A DNA stretch of 64,000 nt, taken from assembly GCA_030324005.1 (NCBI GenBank), contig JARDVH010000073.1:39438329-39502328 (forward strand), in the 5' to 3' direction. A program made the position numbers and the translations under genes. Under the pieces are notes generated by a model. It had not been told where the DNA came from and made no database searches. It saw only the letters and a list, made by a program, of their open reading frames with translations. This document shows, one piece after another, positions 50,080 to 62,170 of the stretch (within the stretch, counting starts at the first letter, position 1; each line of letters starts with the position of its first letter). This stretch comes from Negaprion brevirostris (taxonomy: Eukaryota).

Positions 50080-50360
50080 TGAGCCCTTAGTATACATTAG
50101 GAAGAGCAAGGGTCCCGACACTGACCCCTAGGAAACTCCACTTCAAACCTTGCTCCAACCTGAAAAACAAATATTTATCACTACTCTTGATTTCCTGTCA
50201 CTAAGCCAATTTTTTTCCTAAGTGCCTACTTTCCCTTTTATTCCATGAACTAGAATTTTGCTCACAGTGTGGCACTGTATCAAATGCTTTTGAAAGTCCA
50301 TATACACCACATCACCATCATTTCCCTCATCAACCTTCTCTGTCACTACCTCAAAAAATG
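50080..50360 (-). mobile_element. CR1 RT fragment
   Basis: Minus strand gives VYMDFQKH..., SGVS*GSVSGPLLFLMYT (D.VYxDFxKAFD and SGVPQGSVLGPLLF motifs). Confidence 0.8.
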
Positions 50361-50671
50361 TTATGAACCTACTTTTTATCACATTGAGGTTTCTGCTCAG
50401 TTATTTCCTATTAAGGCTAAAAAAGCCTAAATTTCTTTTGTCCGTGGTTATAATACAGTCCTTTGGCACAACGAATCAAGATTGCATCTCTTCTCCACAT
50501 GTCCTCTGAAGCGAGGAAAGTGTGAAATTAAAAGCGGAGGCGTTTAGAGTAGCTAAGAGTAGTGGGCGAGANNNNNNNNNNNNNNNNNNNNNNNNNNNNN
50601 NNNNNNNNNNNNNNNNNNNNNNNNNNNNNNNNNNNNNNNNNNNNNNNNNNNNNNNNNNNNNNNNNNNNNNN

Positions 50672-50767
50672 GAGCCACTTCAGATCAGCCATGATCTTAT
50701 TGAATGGCGGGGCATGCTCAAGTGGCTAGATGGACTACTCCTGCTCCTATTTCTTATGTTCTTATTG
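50672..50767 (+). mobile_element. CR1 3' UTR next to a gap
   Basis: gatcagccatgatcttattgaatggcgg...actcctgctcctatttcttatgttcttat. Confidence 0.75.
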
Positions 50768-51144
50768 TATTTTTACGCAGCTGTGGCCATGAGCATCCCA
50801 CTTTCATGTTTCCCCACCAGTGACAGAAGGCTGGTAGTTTGACCCACCACATATGTCATTGGAAGGATCTGTATTTAAAAGGGATCAGAATGTCTGCAGC
50901 AAATATCAGTTCTGAAGGTTGAAGAGTGAATGGAAGAGAGGACAAGGTAACCACATTCTTTTCTGACTCTTCTCTGAAGATGACACTAGGGGCATGGTCA
51001 GAGTTAGCAGAAATTTTGCAGCCGCATCCATTCCTCTCTCACCAGACACCTCTTCACAATCCCTCAACCAACACATCCTATTGACATCTCCTCCTACCTA
51101 ACCCTCACAGTCACTCAACAAACAAAGCTCACATCTCTCCACAG

Positions 51145-52730
51145 CACTGGTGGATGTATATTTTTGGGGGCCCCATGCTCTGCCTTCATGCAGGGGAGCC
51201 CCATGGCATGGTGCTCCATCCCCAGTGATGTCAAGCTCCATCCATCAGTGATGTCAAGCCCTGCTCCCAAATGACATTGTTGCCCTCGTGACCATACCCA
51301 CTCTCAGCTCAAATAGTGCAAACCACAAAAATACAGAAAAGTACACAAATCACTACTTCAGTGCTTTTTAACATATGTAAACAAGTCTGTATTTGATGAA
51401 TTCAATCAGGGAACTCATAGTCCAAGAGGCCAACTTCATTGGGTCTCATTGAGGTCATTACATACTGTGATAGTGCTTTACTTATGAAAACAAATCTGTA
51501 ATTGATCAATTGAAATCCGAGTCTGACTGTTGTCAGAATGATGGTAAAGATGGTTAGTATGTGATCTGTGTCTTGAGGCGAGCAAACATGGAACTGGCCC
51601 AGGAGCAACACGATGGAAAAATCAGCCGATGATATGACTCTCGTGCAGGACAGAATGAGCTAATGAAGGAGCAAATACTCCAATTAAGTGGAATCATCCA
51701 AGTTCAATATCAGTGACTTTGCTGGCAATTGTAGCAAGATTCTGTTCTTTGGCCAAAGTGACTTTCTGAAAGCCAGTATTGAGAACGATGGGAATGGCAG
51801 TTATTCATCAGTTATAACCATCTGCACATGACAGCTGTGGTATCAGACTAACAAATGGTAGTCCCATTTGAAAAACAGAATTTAAACAAAAGTACATGGA
51901 AGAAGGGTGTATTTAATTTTTTTGTTGCTTTTTCAACACTTGGCAATTTAGGTAGCTCTTTTTCTGCACTTTTTCTTCTCAAAATCATCAACAACATCTC
52001 TTCAATACAGAGAATGTTTACCAGAAGCATTTATGGCAAGAATTGTTAAAAATATTTTCAGAATATTTTCCACATTTGGAAAGGTTGCCTGCAAAAACCA
52101 TCACAAGCAAGTCTGTACAAATCAGCTGCTGATCTCAAAGCGCAAAGCTCATCATTACCGATGAATTGTTTCACTTCATCTTCAAAAAGATTTGTGTCTA
52201 TTTCCTCCTGGTAGAATTCAGATAATTCCTTATTGCAGGTGGCATTTGGCATTCTCATCCAAACTTCTGTTGAAAAACATGGAAAAGGATTCAAGAGTTT
52301 TCTTTAGAGATTCACTGCTACTCTGCAAAAGCACCATTATTGTGCTGCATAGCATTGACAGTCTAAATGAAGATCTTCTTCTTTGCTTTTAAAGTGATTT
52401 CATTGTCTCTAATTTAATCAAAAATAACTTTCTGCACCTTCTCATCAGAGGTACCTGTATTTTTCATTAATGCTAATGCCTCTGCTTCCACTGAGATGCA
52501 GTCGTTTTGAACTTCCATGACAATACTTCTAACTAAGGCTAACAATTGTGAAGCATTCAATAAAATTGTATCAATATTTTGTAACAATCTGCTGATGGCA
52601 TTGATTCTTTGAAGTAAATGGTTCCACAAAACAGAAAAATTGCAATACTTTCAAATTTCTCTGCCAAGGATTTTGCTTCAGCTTTCACAGGTGGTTTCTC
52701 TCAATTTGATGTGGCTATGCCTGATGAGCA
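51145..52730 (-). mobile_element. hAT DNA transposon remnant (Tip100/Zaphod/ZMYM1-like transposase C-terminal half)
   Basis: WNHLLQRINAISRLLQ, LSEFYQEEIDTNLFEDEVKQF, TFPNVENILKIFLTILAINASG (hAT dimerisation motif) and DVVDDFEKK. Terminus-like cactggtggatgta...ggggggcccc at 51145. Confidence 0.75.
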
Positions 52731-53287
52731 TTCTTCCCTGGATGGCCAGCCCTGATCATCCCCCTCCCTTCCCTACCGATCTCTAATGCAGAGTGGCAGT
52801 GGGTCCACCCACCGGCTGCTCCTGGTCTGACTCCACCCTGCCTCAGCTCCACTTCCTTGACACTGCCTGGTACCAAAGGGGCACTCCCCTTGCCCCTGAC
52901 CTTGCCGTGGGTGCCTTAGTGGCCTCCACTTTTACTGGCAAGGTCATCACATCTGGTCCCTGTTGTTGGGGACCAGCTGTGATTCTCGCTGGAGAGAACC
53001 TTTTCTGGTGAGGCCACAGTGGCAAGTGAACTCAGACGATAATGTCCTGGGCTTGTTAATTCAATCCAAAATAGATTTAAATTATATTTAAATAATTTAT
53101 TCAGTTTTGTGCCCATTTCCATTCTGGACCTGCCCCCATATTATAATGGGTAATAAAGCCTCAGCCAGCCTGCCCGCCCTACTGCATGTTGAGGCCTTAA
53201 CTGGTAAATTAATGGGTACATGGGGAGGTTACATCTTTTCAATTGATATCAGAAGTGCAGATCACCAGTATTATAATGCGGTGATTT

Positions 53288-53475
53288 CTCCAAATTTGGT
53301 TAGGACGGCTGGTTTGTGATATAGAATGGCACCAACAGTGTGGGTTCATTTCCCAAACCTGCTGAGGTTATTCACGAAGGCCTTCCTTCTCAACCTGCCC
53401 CTTGTTGGAGGTGTGGTGATCCTCTTGTTAAATCACCACCAGCCTATTACCATCTGGGACTATGGTGACTTTTAG
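53288..53475 (+). mobile_element. tRNA-derived SINE
   Basis: ttggttaggacggctgg...gtgggttcatttccc head and ctgggactatggtgacttt end. Confidence 0.55.
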
Positions 53476-53767
53476 CTTTAATCCACATTTGTCACAGCAA
53501 GCTCTGCAAAAGATCATACTAACTAAATTCCACCAGTATAACTGGGGAATTATAGCATACATGAAACCATTCCAGAAATAGCTTTTTTGGGCTAATGGGT
53601 CCTGTTAGTCTCATCTAAGTGCGGCTGTTGTAATTCACGAAAATGGATCAAAATGTGATTCAATGTTTCCACACATTTCTTCATCCAAAAAAAAGAATTG
53701 AAATCCATAATCTATGGTAAATACCTGACAACCTTTTAAGGACTCTTGAGGAAAGTTTCACCTTTTA

Positions 53768-54133
53768 TAGAACACAGAACACTACAGCACAAACAGGCCC
53801 TTCGGCCCACAAGTTGTGCCGATCACTTCTCTACCTACTAAGCCATAGACCTATCTATAACCCCCAATGCCATTAGATCCCATATACTCATCCAGAAGTC
53901 TTTTAAAANNNNNNNNNNNNNNNNNNNNNNNNNNNNNNNNNNNNNNNNNNNNNNNNNNNNNNNNNNNNNNNNNNNNNNNNNNNNNNNNNNNNNNNNNNNN
54001 NNNNNNNNGCAACATCCTTGTAAATCTCCTCTGCACCCTTTCAATAGCTTCCACATCCTTCCTATAGTGAGGCGACCAGAACTGCACACAGTACTCCAAG
54101 TGGGGTCTAACAAGGGTCCTATAAAGTTGCAAT
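53768..54133 (-). mobile_element. CR1 LINE 3' part spanning a gap
   Basis: [41 protein letters not shown]. Reverse tail tagaacacagaacactacagcacaaacaggcccttcggccc. Confidence 0.92.
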
Positions 54134-54867
54134 GAGTTTTACTGAGATGGAAAACCTAGGGCAATCAGCAGAATGACCAATTCATGCAAGATCTGTACAT
54201 TTGTGCTGGTTCTTAGAAACTATACAACCTCGTGTGTTTGATTAGCTGGAGACAAGGTGGTATCATTGAGCGGATACTGTGGAAAGAGGAAGCTTTTATT
54301 TGATTTTCTGCCTGTTACCTGTGGCTTTTGCAATGAATTCAGCCTTTTGAGCTTTCAAGCTGCATTTTTGAAATGGAACATTGCCATCTTCGCCAGTTTG
54401 TTTGGTCATTAAATACCCTAAAATTCATGGAAAGTATTTTTACATGCTTTTCATTTGGGTGAAATTCTTAAGAACACGTAAATCCTTTGTCAGTGATATT
54501 GAAATTACATTTATTTTCAACTTTTAATGTTCTTTAGTAGTGCAGAGTACTTCTCTTTTTACACTTGCTTGTGAATCGGATAACTGTATTTTCTAATTGT
54601 GTTGATATTAAGTGATCTTTCAGTCTCCTGCTTTTGTCAGCTTCATTTCTGATTGATGTTACCATTTGTATGGTTGAAACCAATGTAGTTGCTGTCAAGT
54701 TATTGGTGTTAAAACATAAGGAAATGCAATGTAATATTGTGGGTTAAATAAGATTTACAAACCACTCAAGTTTCAATGCAACGTCTCAAACTTTTTTTTC
54801 TTTTCAACCTTCTCAAACCCCTATTTCTTTTGATGATGCTTAGTCACCCTATTTATTTTGATGCTCA

Positions 54868-55175
54868 GGGTATCATGGTGGCAGAGTGGTTAGCACTGCT
54901 GCTTCACAGCGCCAGGGACTCAGGTTCGATTCCCAGCCTTGGTCACTGTCAATGCGGAGTCTGCATGTTCTCCCCGTGTCTGCATGAGTTTCCTCAGGGT
55001 GCTCTGGTTCTTCCCACAGTCCAAAATCATGCTAGTTAGGTGCATCAGCCATACCAAATTCTCCTTCAGTGTTCCTGAACAGATGCGGGAGTGTAACGAC
55101 TAGGAGATTTTCACAGTAACTTCATTGCAGCGTTAATGTAAGCCCACTTGTGACACTAGTAAATATACTTTAAAC
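54868..55175 (+). mobile_element. V-SINE, tail type B
   Basis: ggtggcagagtggttagcactgctgc head, ggttcgattccc, V core and ttttcacagtaacttcattgcagcgttaatgtaagcccacttgtgacactagtaaa tail. Confidence 0.9.
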
Positions 55176-55765
55176 TGAGGTGGAGTTTCATGGGTAGTCA
55201 TAACTCTCCAGTACTTTGTCAAAATAGGCATTATTTGTGCAAGTCCAGAAAATGAGTGCTAACAGGCTATTCAGGCACATTGTGAAGATATGAAGTTCTC
55301 AATGATATTTCCTTCTTGTTCACAATTATCAGTTATTTCAATGTTGTAATAAGAACTGGTAGCTCTGTTTCACTTACTCATTTAGATACAACTTGTATTT
55401 TTTTGGTTAATTATCAGTCTTTGAAAGGTCATGAGCAAAACAATTAGCAACGTTCATGCAAAGGCAAGTTCATTTCATTAATTAATACAGTGCCTTTCAT
55501 GATCACAGGATGTCCCAAAGCATTTCACCATTACCAATTACTTTTGAAATGTAGTCGTTGTGGGGAAACAGGATGAGTGGCTGTAAAAATTATGCCCCAG
55601 TATATGCAGTTGAGTCTTGCCAAAACAGTTAACTTTTTGTAAGGAACTGAAATATTAATGGTTAAAATAGGATTAGAAGCCACAAGCAAAAATGATCAAA
55701 TGCTCAGTAGAACCCTATTTCTACTGATTGAGGCTGTGGAATTTATGTCCAAAAATGAATAGAAG

Positions 55766-56075
55766 TCACAGAATCCTTACAGTGGAGAAGGAGACATTCA
55801 GCCCATGGAGCCTGCATTGACTACAAACCCACCCAGGCTCTATTCCCATTGCTCCATGTATTTACCCTGCTAATCACCCTAAATTACACATCTTGAGACA
55901 CTAAGGGGCAATTTAGTGTGGCTTAACCTGCACATCTTTGGAGCGTAGGAGTGAACTGGAGCACCCAGAGGAAACCCACACAGACACAGGGAGACAGTGA
56001 CTCAAGGCTGGAATTGAACCCAGGTCCCCAACACTGTGAGGCTAACCACTGTACCACTGTACCACTGTGCCGTCC
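55766..56075 (-). mobile_element. V-SINE, tail type A
   Basis: Reverse complement has head ggcacagtggtacagtggtacagtggttagc, gggttcaattcc, V core and a CR1-type tail. Confidence 0.85.
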
Positions 56076-59000
56076 CATCTTGTCAGGTTAGATTTCTTCG
56101 ATGAGTCTCCTGCGGGTTTTAATTGTTTGCATTATCTAAACATCATTTAGATCAGTTCCAACTTATAGACAAGCTTTGTGGAAAACAAGAAAAACAGGTT
56201 ATGTTTTTAAAAATAAAAACAAACACTTTTGAACATGTGGCGTTACACTAATCTTTCTTTAAACAGCGCAAGAGGCCTAGTGATTGACACTGCTCTTATG
56301 AACTATCCTCAGCAAAATTAGTTACAGAGATGCTGTTGGCTGAGAAGCGGCTGAAAACACTTTGTCATATTAGTTGTGCACATTAGAAGTTGAGAGTCGT
56401 CCCTCTATAGAGGTTTGAATTGTGCTTGCACGTGGCATCAACAGTAGGAGTCAATACTGCCACAATTTATCATTTTTACATCAGCTCTCTTGCGTTTAAA
56501 ATGAAGATTTTTTTTGAGCTTTTTCTTTTGGAATTTTCACAACACTTGAAAAATCTGCTTCTTCTGGAGTTTTCTATTACATATCATTATGACAACACGA
56601 TATTATCATGTGTGTTGCCTGTGAAATATTCTAAACAGACACTTTGATTATTTATTACTCAAAAATGTGTTTACCCAGGTAAAAACTTTGAGACAAACAA
56701 AGGACAGTGGTTCAAATTTAGTTTTATTAAAACACTTGCAGGTTGAAGTAACAACTCAAACAATAAATTAACTTTCCCCAAACTTGGCTGACTGCCCAAA
56801 AAAACTCATATACTACCCATTCTGGTGAGCTTGACCAGGCTGTTTGATTCAATTCATTGATCTTGTGTTGATGGATGAACTCAGGTCTTCTTAGTACAAA
56901 AGTGGATTTTGTCCATCCTCATGGGTCGGGCAGCCAACATTGTGATGACTTTCAGATCATGACAACACTCCAATTGTCAAAGCCAAGCACCCCTGGTCAA
57001 TATGCAGAACTGAGCTGGTCCTGTTGGCTTTTGACTTGTAACCTTGTCCACATTTCATCAGGCCTTGTTTGTAGAAGCTGTTTAGCTGTGTTTAATTTAG
57101 AATGTCCAGTTTTATGTTGGGCCTAGTTGCTTTGGCCATTGACCACTTGGCCNNNNNNNNNNNNNNNNNNNNNNNNNNNNNNNNNNNNNNNNNNNNNNNN
57201 NNNNNNNNNNNNNNNNNNNNNNNNNNNNNNNNNNNNNNNNNNNNNNNNNNNNGGCCTTTGACCACTTGGCCACATGTGGTCACACCATCACATGTATGTT
57301 ATCACATGAAAACCAAGAGAGAAAAAAAACATACAAGTGCTCAAAAAATTGGACTACTTTTTGTGATCTGTTTGTTAAAAAAAAATTGAACCCTGTAATA
57401 GTTGTTCTTTGAAAAGTAATCAGACAGCTTAACCGATTTTAGGTATTACGAACAGCGCGGTGGCTATTTTTCTGAAATATCTCTTGGCATCAGCAATCAG
57501 GTTAAGCCAAGCATGGACCTGATCCACAATCACCCCCTCGACAATCTCTTTTAATAAAGAACTATTAACTCGCAAAATGCCAGCAAAGGATTATCTAGTT
57601 GTGATGTTACCGGAACAGCCAATCCGATAACTTTTCGAGTAATAGCACTCTCAGTATGATGCATCAGAATTTATAAAACTGATCTAATCATGTCTGTCAT
57701 GCCCTTGTGTACATTTTCATAGTTTTGTTAAAAAGCTTGCCTTTGAAGCCTAATTCCAGAAGTCTACTTACAATACTAAAGTTGCCCTAAGAAGTATTGT
57801 ATTTTAAAATCATTTCGTAGAATCTGGATGTTTCATGCAAGGTTAGTATTTGTTGCCCACCCTAATTATTCTTGAGAAGGTGGTGGTGCTGCTTTGAATT
57901 GGAAAATAGAATATCAGCATTTCTAGAGGGAACAAAGGGATGTAGAGTTGAGATAACTGACATTCAGATATTGAACAAGCCATTTTTTTCCGGTGTAGTT
58001 TGAATCAATTGAAAATGTGTGTTTCATCGGCCATGGTACCCATGCATGAATCAGGCCTCTTATTAGAAACTGCTTATTGAAATATTATACTTGTAAATTG
58101 TTTTTGAATGTTATCTCAACCAATCAGCTTGCTGCAACTGAAATTGCGTGAATTGCATTGTACAGAATGTAATTTTTTACAAATTTGTTGTGTCAAAAGT
58201 AGCTGTTCTATTTTTGAGTGATAGCTATGCTTGATTGTTAGAAGTTTTTTTCATCTCCACATGGCTCCTGAGGTCTGCTCCTGATGCATATTGGATGAGT
58301 GGCTATGGAAGTGGCATGGAGGCTCTGAAGGGGCATGTTGGTGAGGATAGGGCACATGAGTTGGCATGGAGAGCAGGAGAGAATTTGGTGGGCACTGGGG
58401 GCAACATGAGTTGGCACTGGCAATATGAGTGGAGGAATGAAGGCGGTTGGAAGGGTGAGGATGTGCAAGGAGTGAGTGATAGGGAGCCTGAAACAACTGG
58501 GGCAAAGTCCCAGAGATTTGAGGTGACCTTTCTGACCAACCTGCCTTGACACTCATGCACCCATGTCTTCATGGGCTCTGCTTCCAGGGTGGGCAAGCAT
58601 AGCTCTATCCCACCCCAGCCTTTAGAGTGAAAGTTGTGTGTATTGGGTTTTGACAGTCGGGAAATTTACTAAATGTAATTACCTGCCTCAATAGTGGAAA
58701 TCTAGCCCCTATGTGCGTATGTATATTTTCTGAAGCTGAACCTGAAGAGTCAGGCATCATTCAACATGATTTCAGGGTCAAAGATGTTTGGCTAGGAGCT
58801 GATTAGGAGTTCTATTGTGGAGTACTGTAACATTCATACTGGTCTAGATGACATGATAAGGTTTATTCAAAAAGGAAAATAATTCTGTTATACTGGAAGA
58901 ACATTTTTACATCCCTTCAGAAATCAGTTTAGCTGAGGTACAGACTACTGCAGTGGTATCATTTTGATACATTGAGTCATACACTATAAAATAAATATCT

Positions 59001-60789
59001 ACCAACAATCAGGCATTTCGTCAATTGATTTTCTAGTCTGCTGTTTTTACAAATTGCCTCTGGGTTTCAAAAAATCCTGAGTGCAACGCATTTTAATTTG
59101 ACATCAGCTTCAATTCCACAGAGCATCATGACTGCTCAGAATGGTCACAATAAAATACCAAAAATAGTAAATGGTGAAAGTGGATCCTAGCCCAAAATTA
59201 ATCGCACATCTAACATCAGGAGGAGTGGAATACAGTTACTTAAGAAGCATTATTTTCGCAAGAAAGTATATGGCAAACTTTTTTTACACAAAGTATAGGT
59301 GACCCAGAAGTGACTCACGACTGTCATTTCATCATTATTTTGTTAAGTTGTATGTTCTTAAGCATATTAAAAGATTTGCTGTTGGGCCAATGTTCGTTTA
59401 ACCATTTTCAATACTGAAATAACATTTAAAAAAAAGCTGATACTGATTTTACAGAAATATCTGTACATTCCTTGCTGCTTCAACTCATCATTTTATGTAT
59501 TCCTGTTGAGGACCTTTCAGGCCTGGTCTTGTCTATTTTGATCCACAGAGGTGCAATTTCAAAGCTATATTAAATTTCCCTTGCACTTTCTTTGCAGCAG
59601 TTCTATCCATGATCCCAGCACAATGAAAGAATCAAGCTCTGCATGTGACATCTTTGTAGGATTGTTTGTCGTTAATAGGTTACCTTTCTTCAAAGTTTAA
59701 TTAGGTTTTATTCCATAATTTTGGGTAGGTAACTAGAATTGTATTGTGAGATGTCACATCACTTGTATATGATGTTAAATATTTATGATCAGTTCAGGAA
59801 AAAATGCTGCCCAAATGCTCAATGGGCTTGGTGACATGGGGTGCCATATAATTACATGTGCGTGGGAATAGTACAGCATTTAGGTTATAATACCTACAGG
59901 CTATAAAAGGATATACCAGGAAAGTGGGTCATGTATAGTCTAAGAAAGACACCATACCAGTGTTTCCATGGTGATTTAACATTATAAAGCGTAACTTTAG
60001 TAAAAATAGATAGTATAAGCTGTCCAGACACTTGGTTATTGTAGTTATCATGGTTCTACAATGTGTTCTGGAGAACAAACTAAATTACAAACAATTTTTT
60101 AAAAAAATATTGAGCAGCAAATCTCTAAGGTTTTTGGAATTTATTTCTATGTGAGCATGGAATTACTTAGAATTCTTCATTTGACAATAATAAGGGTCTG
60201 AGAAATGGTTTACTCCTTACACTCAAAATATTTTATGAATAATGAATCTGTTAAACCTATCCCCCATTGTAGTTAGTAATCCACTCCTTGGCTGTATCTT
60301 CGTTCTTGATATATCATTGAGGCATCAGAAAATCATCTACGGCTCCTATGTTGTGATTCTGTTCTCTAAACATCTATTTCTTCCTTATTGTAAAAGTTTT
60401 TTCTTACAGTTAAGCTTGATGTAGGAAAAAGCTTAAAACAAATCTGCACATCATACTGATGTATATTCCAAGCAATACAATATTGTTTTGTGACAAAATA
60501 CAATTTTTATGATGTGTTTTAAAAACCACAATTAAAGATGTGATTGCCATCTTCTGATGACTGAATAATGGTATGCCTTCAGGAACATTTATTTTTTGAT
60601 ATTATTTCATTGACTACTCTATTAGACTGAAACAGGCCCCAACAGATAAATCAAGCAATCCCATCCTGCAATCTTCCATTGCATAAAAAGGCTTAGACTG
60701 GTTATATCATTTTGGTGTGAACCTGCTTCCATTTGGCTGGCTTGACCTGCTTTAATTGCAACAAACGGCCTTTTAATGAGTATGAGGCG

Positions 60790-61019
60790 TGTAATAGCTC
60801 CATGGAGGTGAAAGTTCCGTCATCAAGTTACTTTATTTACACCATGCATTTGTACACAGCCAGCTCCCCAATTGCTCCCTGCTGAATGCAGGCTGGGAGT
60901 CTGATACACCTGACTTAAATAGGGAGCATGAAGCTCCCCGATTTAATCATCAACTAGGACTCCTCAGGCAGTTCATACTCTAGCAAGCCAACGTCATTAG
61001 CCTGGCTGAAGTCATCACG
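60790..61019 (-). repeat. 3' LTR of a Gypsy element
   Basis: About 230 bp running (C)GTGAT...ATTACA on the minus strand, directly after a polypurine tract (61020-61037). Contains TATTTAA and AATAAA on the minus strand. Confidence 0.7.
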
Positions 61020-61037
61020 CTCCCCCCTCCTCCCCCC

Positions 61038-61083
<46 letters not shown>

Positions 61084-62170
61084 CCAAAGAATCCCTTCGG
61101 TTTGCTTCCCTCAGGGGTGTTTTCCTCCGCTTGAGCACCTGGTCAGGACCCTCCAACTCGGCCTCTGATGTCGGCGGTGTGTAATAGTTTGGCGCCCGTC
61201 TCTTCTGCCATGAATGCCGGAAGTCTGGTTCTCATCCACTTCAGGTGGTAGGGGAAATTGCTGCAGCTTTGTCCCCTATGTTCATTTCGGACCCTGAGGT
61301 GCAGGAGAAGCAGTACTGACTTGTCGAGGGGGACTCTGCTCGTCCCTAGGGCTGCAGGGCAGACTCCAGAACAGGTGGAGAGCTTGAGGCCTGGACCTGG
61401 CCCAGATGTTTCCTTACCATTGCCTCGCCTATGCATACTCGATAGGATACCAGGCCGGCCCTGGACTCAACTGTTCCAGTTACCCAGGCGAGTCCATTTG
61501 CATAATTTCACACTCAAACACTCTCCCCCACTTCAAAATGCCTCTCTCAGTGAGTGTTGTTATGGCCCCTGCATTCAGCTTCCTGATGTCTTTCCATCTT
61601 TCATCCCAGGTTTGGCAACAACAGGCTCAGTCTGGTGCGGGGCCATCTGCCCATCACTAACTCTGCTGGTGCAATTTCTGAGGTGGTGTGTGGAGTGGTT
61701 CTATAGCCTTAAGAGTTTTGTTTTTTCAACCCAGCCTTTAATGTCTGGACTCTCTCTGCTCACCCATTTGAAGCTGGGTGATAAGGTGCCATCCTGATGT
61801 GGATTTCATAAATTTTGTGAACTCTAGGCTGGCGAACGCTGAACCATTATCAGAAACTAATACATCTGTAATCCTGTACTTTGCGAACAAGGTGCGCAGT
61901 TTCTCAATGATTGCCATTGTGTTTGCTGAGTTTAGTTTATAGACATCTAACCACTTGGAATGGGCATCTATTAGCACCAGAAACATGGACCCCATAAACA
62001 GGCCTGCAAAATCAACATGGAGTCATGACCATGGTCTGCCTGGCCATTCCCACGGGTGCAGGGGGGCTGCCGGTGGTGCCTCCTGTTGGCACTTCTGGCA
62101 ATGTCCTACCAGTTCCACTATGTCAGTGTCCAGACCTGGCCACCAGATGTAGCTCCTGACCAGCATTTTC
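61020..62170 (-). mobile_element. Gypsy/Ty3 LTR retrotransposon integrase pseudogene
   Basis: KMLVRSYIWWPGLDTDI..CQKCQ (Zn-finger part), PLHPWEWPGRPWS*LHVDFAG, FLVLIDAHSKWLDV and LVSDNGSAFAS (rve core). Contains stops and frameshifts. Confidence 0.92.
61039..61081. repeat. (CA)n microsatellite
   Basis: Uninterrupted AC run of about 43 bp. Confidence 0.98.

Noticed and set aside
51145-53538. hAT TIR pair (actggtgga at 51146 and its complement near 53529-53537)
   Set aside because: Only 9 bp match, and the flanks show no 8-bp target duplication.
57134-57271. A 19-bp near-identical repeat on both sides of a 100-N gap
   Set aside because: Most likely an unmerged contig overlap or a collapsed short tandem repeat. 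It cannot be interpreted without reads.
58235-58596. Four overlapping ORFs on both strands
   Set aside because: Low-complexity ggcatg/gagttgg repeats typical of transposon interiors, with similar sequence at 44760-44830 and 49350-49400.
59576-59700. Strong acceptor tttcccttgcactttctttgcag followed by an open frame
   Set aside because: No convincing donor, and the peptide is unrecognisable.
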